Made by a program: the position numbers and the translations under genes. A DNA stretch of 63,997 nt, filler included, from Licmophora abbreviata (lineage: Eukaryota): assembly GCA_900291995.1 (NCBI GenBank). It is 17 parts of 17 records of this genome, joined end to end, with 100 filler letters (N's around TTAATTAATTAA, not from the genome) between each part and the next. Parts side by side here need not be neighbours in the genome. Positions count along the whole stretch, not along the records: positions 1 to 8,825 come from OLMU01002247.1; positions 8,926 to 14,676 come from OLMU01002249.1; 15 more parts are not named here. One strand, written 5' to 3'. The notes beneath the pieces were generated by a model, which worked only from the letters and a program-made list of their open reading frames with translations, had not been told where the DNA came from and ran no database searches. Below, piece after piece: positions 1 through 10,508 of the stretch; position 1 is the stretch's first letter; the number at the start of each line of letters is the position of its first letter.

Positions 1-1235
1 CGCTCGAACGCCTCGCGGGCCTCGCGCAGCGGCATCGTGGCCACAGATCCCGCCAGCACCACGCGCCCTTCCTCGGTAGGCGCCTCGGTCTCGCTCGGCA
101 ATTCCCCGGCCTTGATCTCGCCGCCCGCATCGCCCAGGATCAACACCCGCTCGATCATGTTGCGCAGTTGGCGCACATTGCCCGGCCAGTTCATCGTCTG
201 CAGCAGTGCCGCCGCCTCGGTGCTCATCCGCCGCAGCGGCAAGCCTTGCGTGCGGTTCAGCATCTCGATGAAATGCCCGGCAAGCCCCGGAATATCCTCG
301 CGCCGCTCTTCAAGGCTGGGCACCTCGATCGGCACCACGTTCAGCCGGTGATACAGCTCGCGCCGGAACCTGTCGGCGGCGATCTCGGCCTCCAGATCAC
401 GGCTGGTCGAGGAAATCACCCTCAGATCCACCTCGACCTTCTCGCTGCCGCCGACCCGCAGGAAGGTCTGATCCACCAGAACCCTCAGGATCTTCGATTG
501 CGTGCCCGGCGGCATGTCGGCGACCTCGTCGAAATAGATGACCCCGCCATTGGCCTCCTCCAACAGGCCCGGCTCCACGCCGCGCTCGTCGGTTTCGCGC
601 CCGAACAGCACCTCCTCCATGCGGTCCGGCTCGATCGAGGCGCAGCTCACGCTGACAAAAGGCGCCTCCGCGCGCTGCGAATTGGCGTGGATATAGCGGG
701 CCGCCAGCTCCTTGCCCGATCCCGCAGGTCCGCTCAGCATGACGCGCCCGTTCGATTTCGTCACCTTGTCCAGCTGCGACACCAGCGCCCGGAACGCCGC
801 ACTGTCGCCCAGCATCTGCGCAGGCTCCGTCTCGCGGCGCTTCAATTGCTGGTTCTCGCGGCGCAGGCGGCTGGTTTCCATGCCGCGCCGGATCACCACC
901 AGAAGCTGATCTATGTTGAACGGCTTTTCGATGAAATCATACGCGCCCTGCTTGATCGCGGCGACCGCGATCTCGATATTGCCGTGACCCGAGATGATGA
1001 CCACCGGAATTTCCGGGTGATCGCGCTTCACCGCCTTGAGAATGTCGATCCCGTCCATCTGGCTGTCTTTCAGCCAGATATCGAGGATCAACAGCGCCGG
1101 CGCCGCGGCGGTAATCGCGGACATGCACTCGTCCGAGCTGCCCGCCAGCCGCGTGCCATAGCCTTCATCCTCAAGGATATCCCCGATCAACTCGCGGATA
1201 TCTCGTTCGTCGTCCACAATCAGAATATCACTCAT
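1..1235 (-). CDS. ntrX: Nitrogen assimilation response regulator NtrX (3' end beyond window)
   Basis: Manual translation from ATG at 1235: MSDILIVDDERDIRELIGDIL receiver domain, GPAGSGKE Walker A, AAA+ domain; directly downstream of ntrY. Confidence 0.93.
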   Translation of the reverse strand, partial: MSDILIVDDERDIRELIGDILEDEGYGTRLAGSSDECMSAITAAAPALLILDIWLKDSQMDGIDILKAVKRDHPEIPVVIISGHGNIEIAVAAIKQGAYDFIEKPFNIDQLLVVIRRGMETSRLRRENQQLKRRETEPAQMLGDSAAFRALVSQLDKVTKSNGRVMLSGPAGSGKELAARYIHANSQRAEAPFVSVSCASIEPDRMEEVLFGRETDERGVEPGLLEEANGGVIYFDEVADMPPGTQSKILRVLVDQTFLRVGGSEKVEVDLRVISSTSRDLEAEIAADRFRRELYHRLNVVPIEVPSLEERREDIPGLAGHFIEMLNRTQGLPLRRMSTEAAALLQTMNWPGNVRQLRNMIERVLILGDAGGEIKAGELPSETEAPTEEGRVVLAGSVATMPLREAREAFE

Positions 1236-1242
1236 ATTGTTT

Positions 1243-3501
1243 TCACACCGCTTCTCGTTCAATGCCCTGGTCCTCCTGGGCGTTCAGCAGCGGCAGGTGA
1301 ACCACCGCCATCGCCCCTTTATGCGCGCCGTTTGCAAAGGCCGGCGCATCCTCCAGCACGAGGGTCCCCCCGTGCTCCTCGATAATCTTCTTGACGATCG
1401 GCAATCCAAGCCCGGTGCCCTTTTCGCGCGTCGTCACATAAGGCTCGAACAGCCTCGCGCGATCTTCCGGCAGGCCGATTCCGTTATCGGCGATGCGCAG
1501 CACCGCCTGCCCGTTCTCGATCTTGGTCGATACCCGGATCTCCGGGCGATGCCCCTCGGGCACGCCCGCTTCCTGCAGGCTTTCGATCGCCTCGCCCGCG
1601 TTTTTCATCAGGTTGATGAGCGCCTGACTGATCATTGTGGCATCCACGCTTGACCACAGCGCATCCTCGTCCAGATCGGTGACGAAGATCACATCGGGCT
1701 GTCCCGCCTCCTGCAAGAGCGCCGCTTTTCTCACCAGCTCGGTCAGGCTCTCGGGCTTGGCCTGCGGCTCGGGCATCCGTGCAAATTTCGAGAATTCGTC
1801 CACGATCCGGCGCAGATCGTCGGTCTGCCGGATGACCACATCGGTCAATTGCTCAAGATCGGCGGCTTGCTGTTCATCAAGAATACGGCCGAACTTGCGC
1901 TTGATGCGCTCCGCCGACAGCTTGATCGGGGTCAGCGGGTTCTTGATCTCATGGGCGATGCGCCGCGCAACATCGCCCCAGGCCGCCATCCGCTGTGCCG
2001 CCACCAGATCGGTCACATCGTCAAACGCCACCACATAGCCTTCGCGCTTGCCGGATTCGCTGCGCCTTGTGGACATGCGCACCAGCAGGTTTTCCAATCG
2101 CCCGCCCCGGCTCACCTTGACCTCTTCCTGCACAAAGCCACCTTGCACCAGCTTCAGCTTTTCGAACAATGGCCCAAATTCCGGCACCGCCACGCTCAGC
2201 GCCGTCGAGGCCTGATCCTCCTGCCAGTCCAGCAGCCTTTCCGCGGCCCGGTTCACAAAGGCCACCCGGCCCTTCGGATCCAGCCCCACAACCCCCGACG
2301 ACACCGATCCAAGCACCGAATCGAACAGCCTGCGGCGCCGTTCGATCTGCTGGGTGTTGGCCAGAAGCGTTTCGCGCTGACGCTTCAACTGCCGGGTCAT
2401 CTGGTTGAAATAGGTGCCAAGCTGGGCGATCTCGTCATCGCCTTCCTCTTCGCGCACCGTCACGTCCAGATCGCCATCGCCCACGCGCTGCGCCGCACTG
2501 GTCAGGCGCCCAACAGGGCGCGACAGCCGCTCGGCGAACCACATGCCAAGCCAGACCGCCGCCAGAATGAGGATCACCGCAAAGCCCAGATACACCAGCC
2601 CGAATTCGAACAGGACCCGGCCCCGTTCACTTTCGCGCTGCTCATAAAAGCGCGCGGTCTCCTGCGTCTCGTCAAGCAGGTTCAGGATCGCGCCATCGAC
2701 ATTGCGGCTGACATAAAGATACCGGTCCGGGATCGTCTCGAGCGGCAACAGCGCGCGAAACTCGTTATTGTCCCAGTCGCGGATCACGACGACGCCCTCG
2801 GCCACCGATTGTTCGATCTGCGCCTGCGTCGGCTGTTCATAATCGAACAAATACGACCTTTCGCCGCGCGCCCGGATATCGCCGGTGCCGTCGATCACAA
2901 ACGCCTCGCGCAGACCGCGCTGGATCTCGCGCTGGCCGCGCGACAGGACCTGCCGTATGTCACCATCATCCATGAACATCGTGGCGCGCTTGGTGGCGTC
3001 GATCACCGAGGCCAGAACCTGCGCATCCGCCACCAGATCGCGGCGGTGCTCTTCCTCATAGGCTTGGGCTGCCGCGACCGAGCTGTCCACCACCCGGCCA
3101 ACCCGATCCGAAAACCACGCCTCCAGACCCATATTGACCGACAATGTCGCAAAGACCGCCACCGCGATGGTCGGCAACAGCGCCATCAGCGCGAAGACAC
3201 CCGTCAGCCGCAAATGAAGCCGCGATCCCGCCGAGCGTTTGCGCCGGGCCGCGATCATCCGCGCCACGCGCTGCATCACCAGCGCCGCCACCATGATCAC
3301 ATAGACCAGATCCGACAGCAGCACGATCCGCAGCACGTTCGACGACGCGCCCTGATCCAGCGGCCCCATCACCAGATAGGTGAGCACCGCCAGAACCGGC
3401 CCCAGCACCACCAGCCCGAAGGTCGCAAGCGTCTGAAGACGCTTCATGCGCCTCAGCCGATTGACCCGGTCCCATGTCCATCTGCGTGTAGTGACCGCCA
3501 C
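1243..3501 (-). CDS. ntrY: Sensor histidine kinase NtrY
   Basis: TM helices, HAMP, PAS, H-box [14 protein letters not shown]-box GTGLGL; between ntrC and ntrX. Confidence 0.95.
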   Translation of the reverse strand: MAVTTRRWTWDRVNRLRRMKRLQTLATFGLVVLGPVLAVLTYLVMGPLDQGASSNVLRIVLLSDLVYVIMVAALVMQRVARMIAARRKRSAGSRLHLRLTGVFALMALLPTIAVAVFATLSVNMGLEAWFSDRVGRVVDSSVAAAQAYEEEHRRDLVADAQVLASVIDATKRATMFMDDGDIRQVLSRGQREIQRGLREAFVIDGTGDIRARGERSYLFDYEQPTQAQIEQSVAEGVVVIRDWDNNEFRALLPLETIPDRYLYVSRNVDGAILNLLDETQETARFYEQRESERGRVLFEFGLVYLGFAVILILAAVWLGMWFAERLSRPVGRLTSAAQRVGDGDLDVTVREEEGDDEIAQLGTYFNQMTRQLKRQRETLLANTQQIERRRRLFDSVLGSVSSGVVGLDPKGRVAFVNRAAERLLDWQEDQASTALSVAVPEFGPLFEKLKLVQGGFVQEEVKVSRGGRLENLLVRMSTRRSESGKREGYVVAFDDVTDLVAAQRMAAWGDVARRIAHEIKNPLTPIKLSAERIKRKFGRILDEQQAADLEQLTDVVIRQTDDLRRIVDEFSKFARMPEPQAKPESLTELVRKAALLQEAGQPDVIFVTDLDEDALWSSVDATMISQALINLMKNAGEAIESLQEAGVPEGHRPEIRVSTKIENGQAVLRIADNGIGLPEDRARLFEPYVTTREKGTGLGLPIVKKIIEEHGGTLVLEDAPAFANGAHKGAMAVVHLPLLNAQEDQGIEREAV

Positions 3502-3595
3502 GCACCGCCCCTGTCAAATTGGGTCGCCTCTGCGGGCGAACCACAACATTTTGTGTCCCGTGACCTGTTCTCAAAAGCCACAGCATGTTGCAGTT

Positions 3596-4963
3596 TTACA
3601 TCAATTTGCGGCGGCGTGTCACGTGAATATCGAGATCCTTGATCTTCTTGCGCAAGGTATTGCGGTTGATCCCGAGCAGATCGGCACATTTTGCCTGATT
3701 TCCGCCCGTCGCATCCAGCGCGATCTCGATCAGCGGCGTCTCCACCTCGCGCAGGATTCGCCCATGAAGACCCGGCGGGGGCAACATATTGCCATGCAGG
3801 TCGAAATACCGCTTCAGGTGCCGCTGCACCGACGCCGCCAGCTTCTCGCCATTGCCCTGCCCCAGCACCGGCTGCGCCGCGGGCTGGTTGCCAAGGATCG
3901 CCTCCACCTCCGAGCGGCTGATCTCCTCGGCGCGCGCGGTCAGGCCGATCCGGCGCACCGCATTCTCCAGCTGTCGCACATTGCCCGGCCAGCTATAGGC
4001 GCGCATCAGCTCCTCGGCGCCCGCTGACAATTGCCGCGGCGGATTGCCCTCTCGCTCGGACCGCGCCAGGAAATGCTCCGCCAGAAGCGGGATATCCTCG
4101 ACCCTTTCGCGCAGCGACGGCACCTCGATCACCGCCCCCGACAGCCGGTAATACAGATCCTCGCGCAACAGCCCACTTTCCATCCTCTCGGACAGCCGCG
4201 CCTGGCTGGTGGCCATGAAGCGCGGCACGTGATCGCCCGGCGCATCCATCATCCGCACCACGCGCCCCTGCGCCGCCGCATCCAGATCGGCCACCTCGTC
4301 CAGGATGATCGTGCCGCCCTTGGCGCGCGCCATGATCCGCGCCGGCCCCTCCAGATCCGTGAGATCCCCCGGCGACACTGTCACGAAAGGCAGCGTGCGC
4401 CGATCCGAGAAATCATGGATCGCCCGCGCGATCAGCGATTTTCCGGTCCCCGACTCGCCCGTCACCAACACCGGCAGATCGGTGTTCATGATCCGCGCCA
4501 CCACCCGGTAAAGCGCCTGCATCGCCGCCGTGCGTCCGATCAACGGCAAGTCGTCCGGCCGGTCATCCTCGACCTTTCGCGCCGAGGCCGGCATCCTTGC
4601 CCGCGATTCCAGAGCGCGCGCCGTGCGCTTCATCAGATCGGGAAGGTCAAACGGCTTGGGCAGGTAATCATAGGCCTCGGCCTCTTCGGCCTGGATCGCC
4701 GTCATGATCGTGTTCTGCGCCGAGATCACGATCACCGGCAGGCCGGGCCGGTCCTGCGCGATCTTCGGCAGCATCTCCAGCCCGTTGCCATCCGGCATCA
4801 TCACATCCGAGATCACCACATCGCCCTTGCCCTCGCCAACCCACCGCATCAGCGTGGTCAGCGACGAGGTCGCGTGCACCTTGCAGCCTGCGCGCGTCAG
4901 CGCCTGGGTCAGAACGGTTCGGATCGTGCGGTCGTCATCCGCAACCAGTACAGTGCCATCCAT
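3596..4963 (-). CDS. ntrC: Nitrogen regulation protein NR(I) NtrC
   Basis: Receiver domain, [18 protein letters not shown], Fis-type [23 protein letters not shown]; in dusB-ntrB-ntrC operon. Confidence 0.95.
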   Translation of the reverse strand: MDGTVLVADDDRTIRTVLTQALTRAGCKVHATSSLTTLMRWVGEGKGDVVISDVMMPDGNGLEMLPKIAQDRPGLPVIVISAQNTIMTAIQAEEAEAYDYLPKPFDLPDLMKRTARALESRARMPASARKVEDDRPDDLPLIGRTAAMQALYRVVARIMNTDLPVLVTGESGTGKSLIARAIHDFSDRRTLPFVTVSPGDLTDLEGPARIMARAKGGTIILDEVADLDAAAQGRVVRMMDAPGDHVPRFMATSQARLSERMESGLLREDLYYRLSGAVIEVPSLRERVEDIPLLAEHFLARSEREGNPPRQLSAGAEELMRAYSWPGNVRQLENAVRRIGLTARAEEISRSEVEAILGNQPAAQPVLGQGNGEKLAASVQRHLKRYFDLHGNMLPPPGLHGRILREVETPLIEIALDATGGNQAKCADLLGINRNTLRKKIKDLDIHVTRRRKLM

Positions 4964-6051
4964 CAGACTTGCTCCTCAATCGTCTCCGGCAGGGTGTCCG
5001 GGGCGCGTTGCAATGAAATGCGAAACACCGTGCGTCCGGGTGCCGAGTTCACGGAAATCCATCCGTCGTGGTCCGAAATGATCTTCGCGGCCAGCGCAAG
5101 GCCAAGCCCGGTGCCGTTCTCGCGGCCCGATACGAAGGGGTCGAAAATATCACCGGCGATATCGGGCGGCAGGCCGGGGCCGTCATCGATCACCTCGATC
5201 TGCAACGGCAAGGACTTGCCGCCGCCGCCGCGCCGCACCCGCAGCGACTGTTCGTAATAGGTGTGCAGCCGGATCACGCCCCCGCCCGAACCCGCCGCCT
5301 CCGAGGCGTTCTTCAGCAGGTTCTGAATGACCTGCAGCAACTGATCCGGGTCCGCCATGGCAAGCGGCAGCGAGGGGTCGTAATCCTCGATGACCGTCAT
5401 ATCGGCGGCAAACCCAAGGATCGCCGAGCGCCGCGCCCGGTCCAGCACGTCATGCACATTGACCGCCCGCATCTTGGGCGCCGTGACATTGCCGAACTGC
5501 TCGACCTGCTCCAGAAGCCCCACGATCCTGCGGCTTTCGCTCACGATGAGATCCGTCAGCTCCAGATCGTCCTTGCTCAGGCTCATCGACAAAAGCTGCG
5601 CCGCCCCGGTGATGCCCGCCAGCGGATTCTTGATTTCATGGGCCAGCATTTCCGCCATGCCGATCGCCGACTTGGCCGCCGACTTCACCGATTGCCCCTG
5701 TGTCACCCGCCCGGCCAATTCGCGCGGCGAGATCATCAGCAGCATGAAGCCATCCTCGCCGCTCAGCGGCGCGAATTGCAGGTTGCACTGAAGCGGCGCA
5801 CGGTCGCCCGTGCCCACATCCACGTCATTCACGAACAGCGGCGAAGCATTCTCGCGCGCCCGTGCAAACGCTTCCTCCAGCGGCGCATCCACCATCAGCT
5901 TGTCCCAGACCGGTACGCCGTTGATCGCCTTGGTCGAAGTCATCAGGAACCCTTCGGCCGCAGGGTTGATCTGCGTGATCCGGTTCTCGCCATCCAGCAG
6001 CAAGGCAGGCACCGGCAGCGAGATCCAAAGCGGGTCGTTCTGGCCGATCAT
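4963..6051 (-). CDS. ntrB: Nitrogen regulation sensor kinase NtrB
   Basis: [21 protein letters not shown]; probable start ATG 6051 (MIGQND) overlapping dusB stop. Confidence 0.93.
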   Translation of the reverse strand: MIGQNDPLWISLPVPALLLDGENRITQINPAAEGFLMTSTKAINGVPVWDKLMVDAPLEEAFARARENASPLFVNDVDVGTGDRAPLQCNLQFAPLSGEDGFMLLMISPRELAGRVTQGQSVKSAAKSAIGMAEMLAHEIKNPLAGITGAAQLLSMSLSKDDLELTDLIVSESRRIVGLLEQVEQFGNVTAPKMRAVNVHDVLDRARRSAILGFAADMTVIEDYDPSLPLAMADPDQLLQVIQNLLKNASEAAGSGGGVIRLHTYYEQSLRVRRGGGGKSLPLQIEVIDDGPGLPPDIAGDIFDPFVSGRENGTGLGLALAAKIISDHDGWISVNSAPGRTVFRISLQRAPDTLPETIEEQV

Positions 6052-7121
6052 GCCGCCGCCCTCTCGCCATCGCGCAGCGCCTCGGGCAGCAATCGCAACA
6101 CATCGCCGGGATCGCGGCTGGTCAGAACCCGCTTGCGCAACGCGGGGCCAGTTCCCGCATCGTCCAGATACCAGCCCATATGCTTGCGGGCGACACGATT
6201 GCCCAACTCCTCGCCGTAAAATCTCAACATCTCGTCGTAATGCCCCATCACGATATCCACCAAATCCCCGGCCTCCGGCGCCTGCGGCACAGGCTGGCCT
6301 GCCAACTCCGCCGCCACCTGCGACAAAAGCCACGGGCGCCCCTGTGCGCCGCGCCCGATCATAACCCCATCCGCTCCCGACAGGCGCAGCGCATCGCGCG
6401 CGCTGCTCGCATCGACGATATCGCCATTGGCGATCACCGGGATTTCCACCGCGTCCTTGACGGCCCGGATCGCCGCCCAATCGGCCCTGCCCTTGTAGAA
6501 CTGGCACCGTGTGCGGCCATGAATCGTAATCATCGCGATTCCTGCGTCCTCGGCCCGCCGCGCAAGCTCAGGCGCGTTCATCAGCCGGTCATCCCATCCC
6601 AGCCGGGTCTTGAGCGTGACCGGAATATCCACTGCGCCCACCACCGCCTCGATCAGGCTCAGCGCATGGTCGAGGTCTTTCATCAACGCCGATCCGCTCG
6701 CCCCGGTTCCGCTGGCGCTGGTCACCTTCTTGGCAGGGCATCCCATGTTGATGTCGATGATCCGTGCGCCATTCGCCGCGACCTTGCGCGCGGCCTCGGC
6801 CATCCAATGCGCTTCGCGTCCGGCAAGCTGCACGGCGGTGTTCTCGATGCCGAACCCCAGCTCGGCGCGTTCGCGCACCCCCGGCTTGGCCTGCACCATT
6901 TCCTGACTGGCGACCATTTCGCTCACCACAAGCCCGGCTCCGAAGCGCGACACCAGATTGCGGAACGGCAAATCGGTGATTCCCGCCAAAGGCGCGAGGA
7001 AAACAGGCTTTGAAAGCAATGTCCGACAGGGTGACGGTGTCACGTGATTAATCCTTGAGCACTTCGACCTATCTAGCGTCTCACCGCGCATTGAACAATA
7101 ATTGCACGGCCTGAAACGCAT
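6048..7121 (-). CDS. dusB: tRNA-dihydrouridine synthase B (NifR3); true start probably ~7040 or later
   Basis: LAPLAGITD, INMGCPAKKV, TIHGRT, MIGRGAQGRPW motifs. Confidence 0.93.
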   Translation of the reverse strand: MRFRPCNYCSMRGETLDRSKCSRINHVTPSPCRTLLSKPVFLAPLAGITDLPFRNLVSRFGAGLVVSEMVASQEMVQAKPGVRERAELGFGIENTAVQLAGREAHWMAEAARKVAANGARIIDINMGCPAKKVTSASGTGASGSALMKDLDHALSLIEAVVGAVDIPVTLKTRLGWDDRLMNAPELARRAEDAGIAMITIHGRTRCQFYKGRADWAAIRAVKDAVEIPVIANGDIVDASSARDALRLSGADGVMIGRGAQGRPWLLSQVAAELAGQPVPQAPEAGDLVDIVMGHYDEMLRFYGEELGNRVARKHMGWYLDDAGTGPALRKRVLTSRDPGDVLRLLPEALRDGERAAA

Positions 7122-7135
7122 CCCTCAGGGCGCAA

Positions 7136-7152
7136 TGATTAAAAATTAGGCA
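7136..7152. promoter_or_regulatory. Possible NtrC autoregulatory site (TGATTAAAAATTAGGCA)
   Basis: 17-bp imperfect dyad with AT-rich core in the divergent dusB/ispDF promoter region. Confidence 0.35.
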
Positions 7153-7200
7153 CTTGAGCGCAGCATTGCGCTTGAGCATCCCTGCGCGTAATCAATTCCC

Positions 7201-8349
7201 ATGACAATCGCCGCCATCATCGTCGCCGCCGGTCGCGGCACCCGTGCGGGGGGGGACATGCCCAAACAGTGGCGCGCCCTCGCCGGACGCCGTGTGATCG
7301 ACTGGACCGTGGCCGCGTTCGAGGCCACGCCCGAGATCAGTCGCATCGTCGTCGTGCTGCATCCCGAGGATGTCGATCTCTTCGCGCCGCGCGACCGGGT
7401 CGAGGTGACGACAGGTGCCGCCTCTCGCGCCGGATCGGTCCGCAACGGTCTCGAATATCTGGACGCCACTCCCGACAAGGGACAGGTTGTGTACACAATG
7501 ATCCATGATGTGGCCCGTTGTTGTACCAAACCCGCGTATGTTTCGTACGTGTCGTACGAGCTCGAAACCCCCGGCACCCGCGCCGTGGCCCCGGCCCTGC
7601 CGGTCACCGATGCGCTTTGGGAAGGCACCGATGGCCATGTCACTGGCAACCGCGACCGGACCGGGCTTTACCGTGCGCAGACCCCGCAAGCCTTTGTCTT
7701 CAAAGATATTCTTGCCGCGCACCGCGCCTTTTCCGGCGATGCCGCCGACGATGTCGAGGTCGCCCGCGCCCATGGCATCCCCGTCCGGATCATCGACGGG
7801 GACGAGTCCAACCTCAAGATCACCCATGCCCCGGATTTCCTCCGTGCTGAAAAAATACTGCGAGATCAAATGGATATACGTATCGGTCAAGGCTATGACG
7901 TGCATCGTTTCGGCCCCGGCGACCACGTCATGCTCTGTGGCGTCGCCATTCCCCACACAAAAACCCTGCAAGGTCACTCCGACGCCGATGTCGGCATGCA
8001 CTCCCTGACCGACGCCATCTATGGCGCCTTGGCCCAAGGCGACATCGGCCGCCACTTCCCCCCGTCGGACCCTCAATGGAAGGGGGCGGAAAGCCATATC
8101 TTCCTGCGGCACGCAGTCGACTTGGCCCGTAAAAAAGGGTTCAAGATCAATAACATGGATGTCACTTTGATTTGCGAATATCCCAAGATCACGCCCCATG
8201 CCGAGGCGATGATCGCCTGCCTGTCGTCCATCACGGGCGTCGCGCAGGATCGCATTTCGGTCAAGGCCACCACCTCTGAACGGTTAGGCTTCACCGGTCG
8301 CGAGGAAGGCATCGCCGCGCAAGCTGCCGTCACATTGGTGCCCGCATGA
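7201..8349 (+). CDS. ispDF: Bifunctional IspD/IspF (MEP pathway)
   Basis: [10 protein letters not shown]...PKQW, AQTPQAF, NLKIT; then [35 protein letters not shown]. Confidence 0.95.
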   Translation: MTIAAIIVAAGRGTRAGGDMPKQWRALAGRRVIDWTVAAFEATPEISRIVVVLHPEDVDLFAPRDRVEVTTGAASRAGSVRNGLEYLDATPDKGQVVYTMIHDVARCCTKPAYVSYVSYELETPGTRAVAPALPVTDALWEGTDGHVTGNRDRTGLYRAQTPQAFVFKDILAAHRAFSGDAADDVEVARAHGIPVRIIDGDESNLKITHAPDFLRAEKILRDQMDIRIGQGYDVHRFGPGDHVMLCGVAIPHTKTLQGHSDADVGMHSLTDAIYGALAQGDIGRHFPPSDPQWKGAESHIFLRHAVDLARKKGFKINNMDVTLICEYPKITPHAEAMIACLSSITGVAQDRISVKATTSERLGFTGREEGIAAQAAVTLVPA

Positions 8350-8825
8350 CCCTGTCCCACCTCATCGCCACCTTCTTCGGCACCGGCCACCTCCGCCCCG
8401 CCCCCGGCACCTGGGGATCCCTCGCCGCCATCCCGGCGGCTTGGGCGATCCACAGCCTTGGTGGGCCTTGGGTTTTGATGCTGTCCACGATCGTGATATT
8501 TGCATTAGGGTGGTGGGCTACGCATCTGGAAACAAAAGGAAAAGAGGATCACGATCCATCAGAGATCGTGGTCGATGAAGTGGCGGGACAGTGGCTTGCC
8601 TTCTGGCCCGTGTCGATCGGGGCGGCCCATGTCGGCGCGGACCTGACCGCGCTCTGGCCCGGCTGGATCGCCGCCTTTGTGCTGTTCCGTCTGTTCGATA
8701 TCTGGAAGCCCGGCCCTGTCGGTTGGGCCGATCGCCGCGGCGATGCGCTTGGGGTCATGCTGGACGACATCATTGCCGGGGCCATGGCCGCCGTGGGTGT
8801 CATGGCCTTGGCAGGACTTTCACAT
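8346..8825 (+). CDS. pgpA: Phosphatidylglycerophosphatase A (truncated by gap)
   Basis: [34 protein letters not shown]. Confidence 0.92.
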
Positions 8826-8925
8826 NNNNNNNNNNNNNNNNNNNNNNNNNNNNNNNNNNNNNNNNNNNNTTAATTAATTAANNNNNNNNNNNNNNNNNNN
8901 NNNNNNNNNNNNNNNNNNNNNNNNN
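8826..8925. other. Artificial contig spacer N44-TTAATTAATTAA-N44 (first of 16; others start at 14677, 16246, 31615, 33469, 38123, 41169, 43045, 44456, 46294, 48589, 50314, 54449, 55975, 59880, 62895)
   Basis: Identical 100-nt block containing six-frame stop linker. Confidence 0.98.
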
Positions 8926-8974
8926 AGTGGCGCGCTTTTTCATAGACTGGCGGGAAAAGTTCAAGGGGCTTCCC

Positions 8975-9517
8975 ATGCCGGAACACGCCCACGAGATCGT
9001 TCCCTTGCTGCCGCGCGAGACGATCGCGCTGAGAATAGCAAACCTCGCACGCGAGATTGACGCCGATTTCGCGGGAACGGAACGTCTGGTCGTGATCGTT
9101 CTGCTCAGAGGCGCGTTCATCTTCGCGGCCGATCTGTCGCGGGCGATCACGCTGGATCAGGAGATCGACTTCATGGAAGTCTCGTCCTATGGCAATGCCA
9201 CCACGTCTAGCGGCAAGATAGATATCCTCAAGCAAATCAGAACCGACATCGCCGGGCGCGACGTGCTTGTGGTCGATGACATCTTGGATACCGGCCACAC
9301 GCTTGCCCATGTTCTGGGTCTCCTGAAGGCGCAAAAGCCGGCGAAACTTCGCAGTATCGTGCTTCTGGACAAACCATCTCGCCGCGAGGTCGACATAGCG
9401 GCGGATTGGACAGGTTTTGAAATCCCCGACGCTTTCGTTATCGGGTATGGTATCGACTATGCGCAGCATGGCCGCAATCTGCCTTTTGTCGGAATGGTTC
9501 AGTTCAAAGACACATGA
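8975..9517 (+). CDS. hpt: Hypoxanthine phosphoribosyltransferase
   Basis: LRGAFIF, VSSYG, PRPP loop VLVVDDILDTGHTL, FVIGYGIDY. Confidence 0.93.
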   Translation: MPEHAHEIVPLLPRETIALRIANLAREIDADFAGTERLVVIVLLRGAFIFAADLSRAITLDQEIDFMEVSSYGNATTSSGKIDILKQIRTDIAGRDVLVVDDILDTGHTLAHVLGLLKAQKPAKLRSIVLLDKPSRREVDIAADWTGFEIPDAFVIGYGIDYAQHGRNLPFVGMVQFKDT

Positions 9518-9693
9518 ATATTCGTTGGCTTTTGCGCATGGCCCATTGGGCGCATAATCCGCCAAGTGAACGGCGGGTGAGGTTCGTTCTCGGCATCGTG
9601 GCAATCTGTCTGGCGGTATTTGCGCTCGAATATGTCTTCGGCTGGCCAGAGGCCTTGTCGCCCGATCCAAGAGGACGGTTATGGGCGCCCTGA
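9514..9693 (+). CDS. Small single-TM membrane protein, 59 aa (absent from ORF track)
   Basis: ATGA overlap with hpt stop; MNIRWLLRMAHWAHNPPSERRVRFVLGIVAICLAVFALEYVFGWPEALSPDPRGRLWAP. Confidence 0.7.
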   Translation: MNIRWLLRMAHWAHNPPSERRVRFVLGIVAICLAVFALEYVFGWPEALSPDPRGRLWAP

Positions 9694-9705
9694 GGATCCG
9701 CCGAA

Positions 9706-10488
9706 TTGCAATACGACTGGCACGCCGTGTCCAGTGACGCACCGCAGATATCGCAGATGCCCATGACCCGGCGCATCATGGTTCTGGACGCGCTGCGCGC
9801 CATAGCCCTCATCGGCATGGTGATTTTCCATTTCGTGTTCGACCTGGAACTTTTCGGGCTCGTGCCGCAAGGCACGGCGGGGAGTTGGGGATGGTCCAAT
9901 TTCGCAAAGCTTGTCGCGGGCAGTTTCATCTGTCTTGCCGGCGTCAGCCTTGTGGTCGCGCATGGGGAGGCCGTGCGCTGGACGGCTTTCGCAAAACGTT
10001 TCGTCAAGCTGGTGCTTGCCGCGCTGGCGGTTTCGGTGGCCACCTATGCCATGATGCCGGGTCAGTTCGTCTATTTCGGCATCCTCCATGCCATTGCGAC
10101 ATTCAGCTTGATCGGACTTGCCTTTTTGCGCCTGCCTTTGTGGGTGCTTGGCATCGGGCTTTTGGGGGTCCTCACGGCCCCCGGTCTTTTCCGGTCGGAC
10201 CTCTTCAACGCACCCGCCCTGTGGTGGCTGGGTCTGTCGACGCAACCTGCCCCGTCGATGGATTTCGAGCCGTTCTTTCCATGGTTTGCGGCGTTTTTGC
10301 TGGGCATGATCCTTGCGCGATGGATCAAGGCGCGAGGCGGCTTCACGCGTGCCAAACGATACACGCCCGGCGATCAGAACATGCTCTGGCGGGCTTGGCT
10401 ATGGGCGGGGCGCAATACTCTGGTGCTTTATCTTGTCCACCAGCCCATCCTGTTCACCCTGATATGGGCCGCGACATTCCTGATTTGA
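9706..10488 (+). CDS. DUF1624/heparan-alpha-glucosaminide N-acetyltransferase-like membrane protein
   Basis: RIMVLDALRAIALIGMVIFH, FGILHAI, GRNTLVLYLVHQP. Confidence 0.85.
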   Translation: MQYDWHAVSSDAPQISQMPMTRRIMVLDALRAIALIGMVIFHFVFDLELFGLVPQGTAGSWGWSNFAKLVAGSFICLAGVSLVVAHGEAVRWTAFAKRFVKLVLAALAVSVATYAMMPGQFVYFGILHAIATFSLIGLAFLRLPLWVLGIGLLGVLTAPGLFRSDLFNAPALWWLGLSTQPAPSMDFEPFFPWFAAFLLGMILARWIKARGGFTRAKRYTPGDQNMLWRAWLWAGRNTLVLYLVHQPILFTLIWAATFLI

Positions 10489-10508
10489 CCCGGCCATGGC
10501 CCAAGCGA

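Noticed and set aside
3541..3556. Dyad CCACAACATTTTGTGT upstream of ntrY
   Set aside because: Fits both NrdR-like and NtrX-like patterns; too ambiguous to assign
168..5257. Long plus-strand ORFs (405, 597, 408 aa) opposite ntrX/ntrY/ntrC, and similar shadow ORFs throughout the window
   Set aside because: Antisense shadows of GC-rich genes with no motifs
8870..8881. Recurrent TTAATTAATTAA palindrome and ORFs ending in XXX-LIN
   Set aside because: Artificial six-frame-stop linker inside the N spacers, not biological
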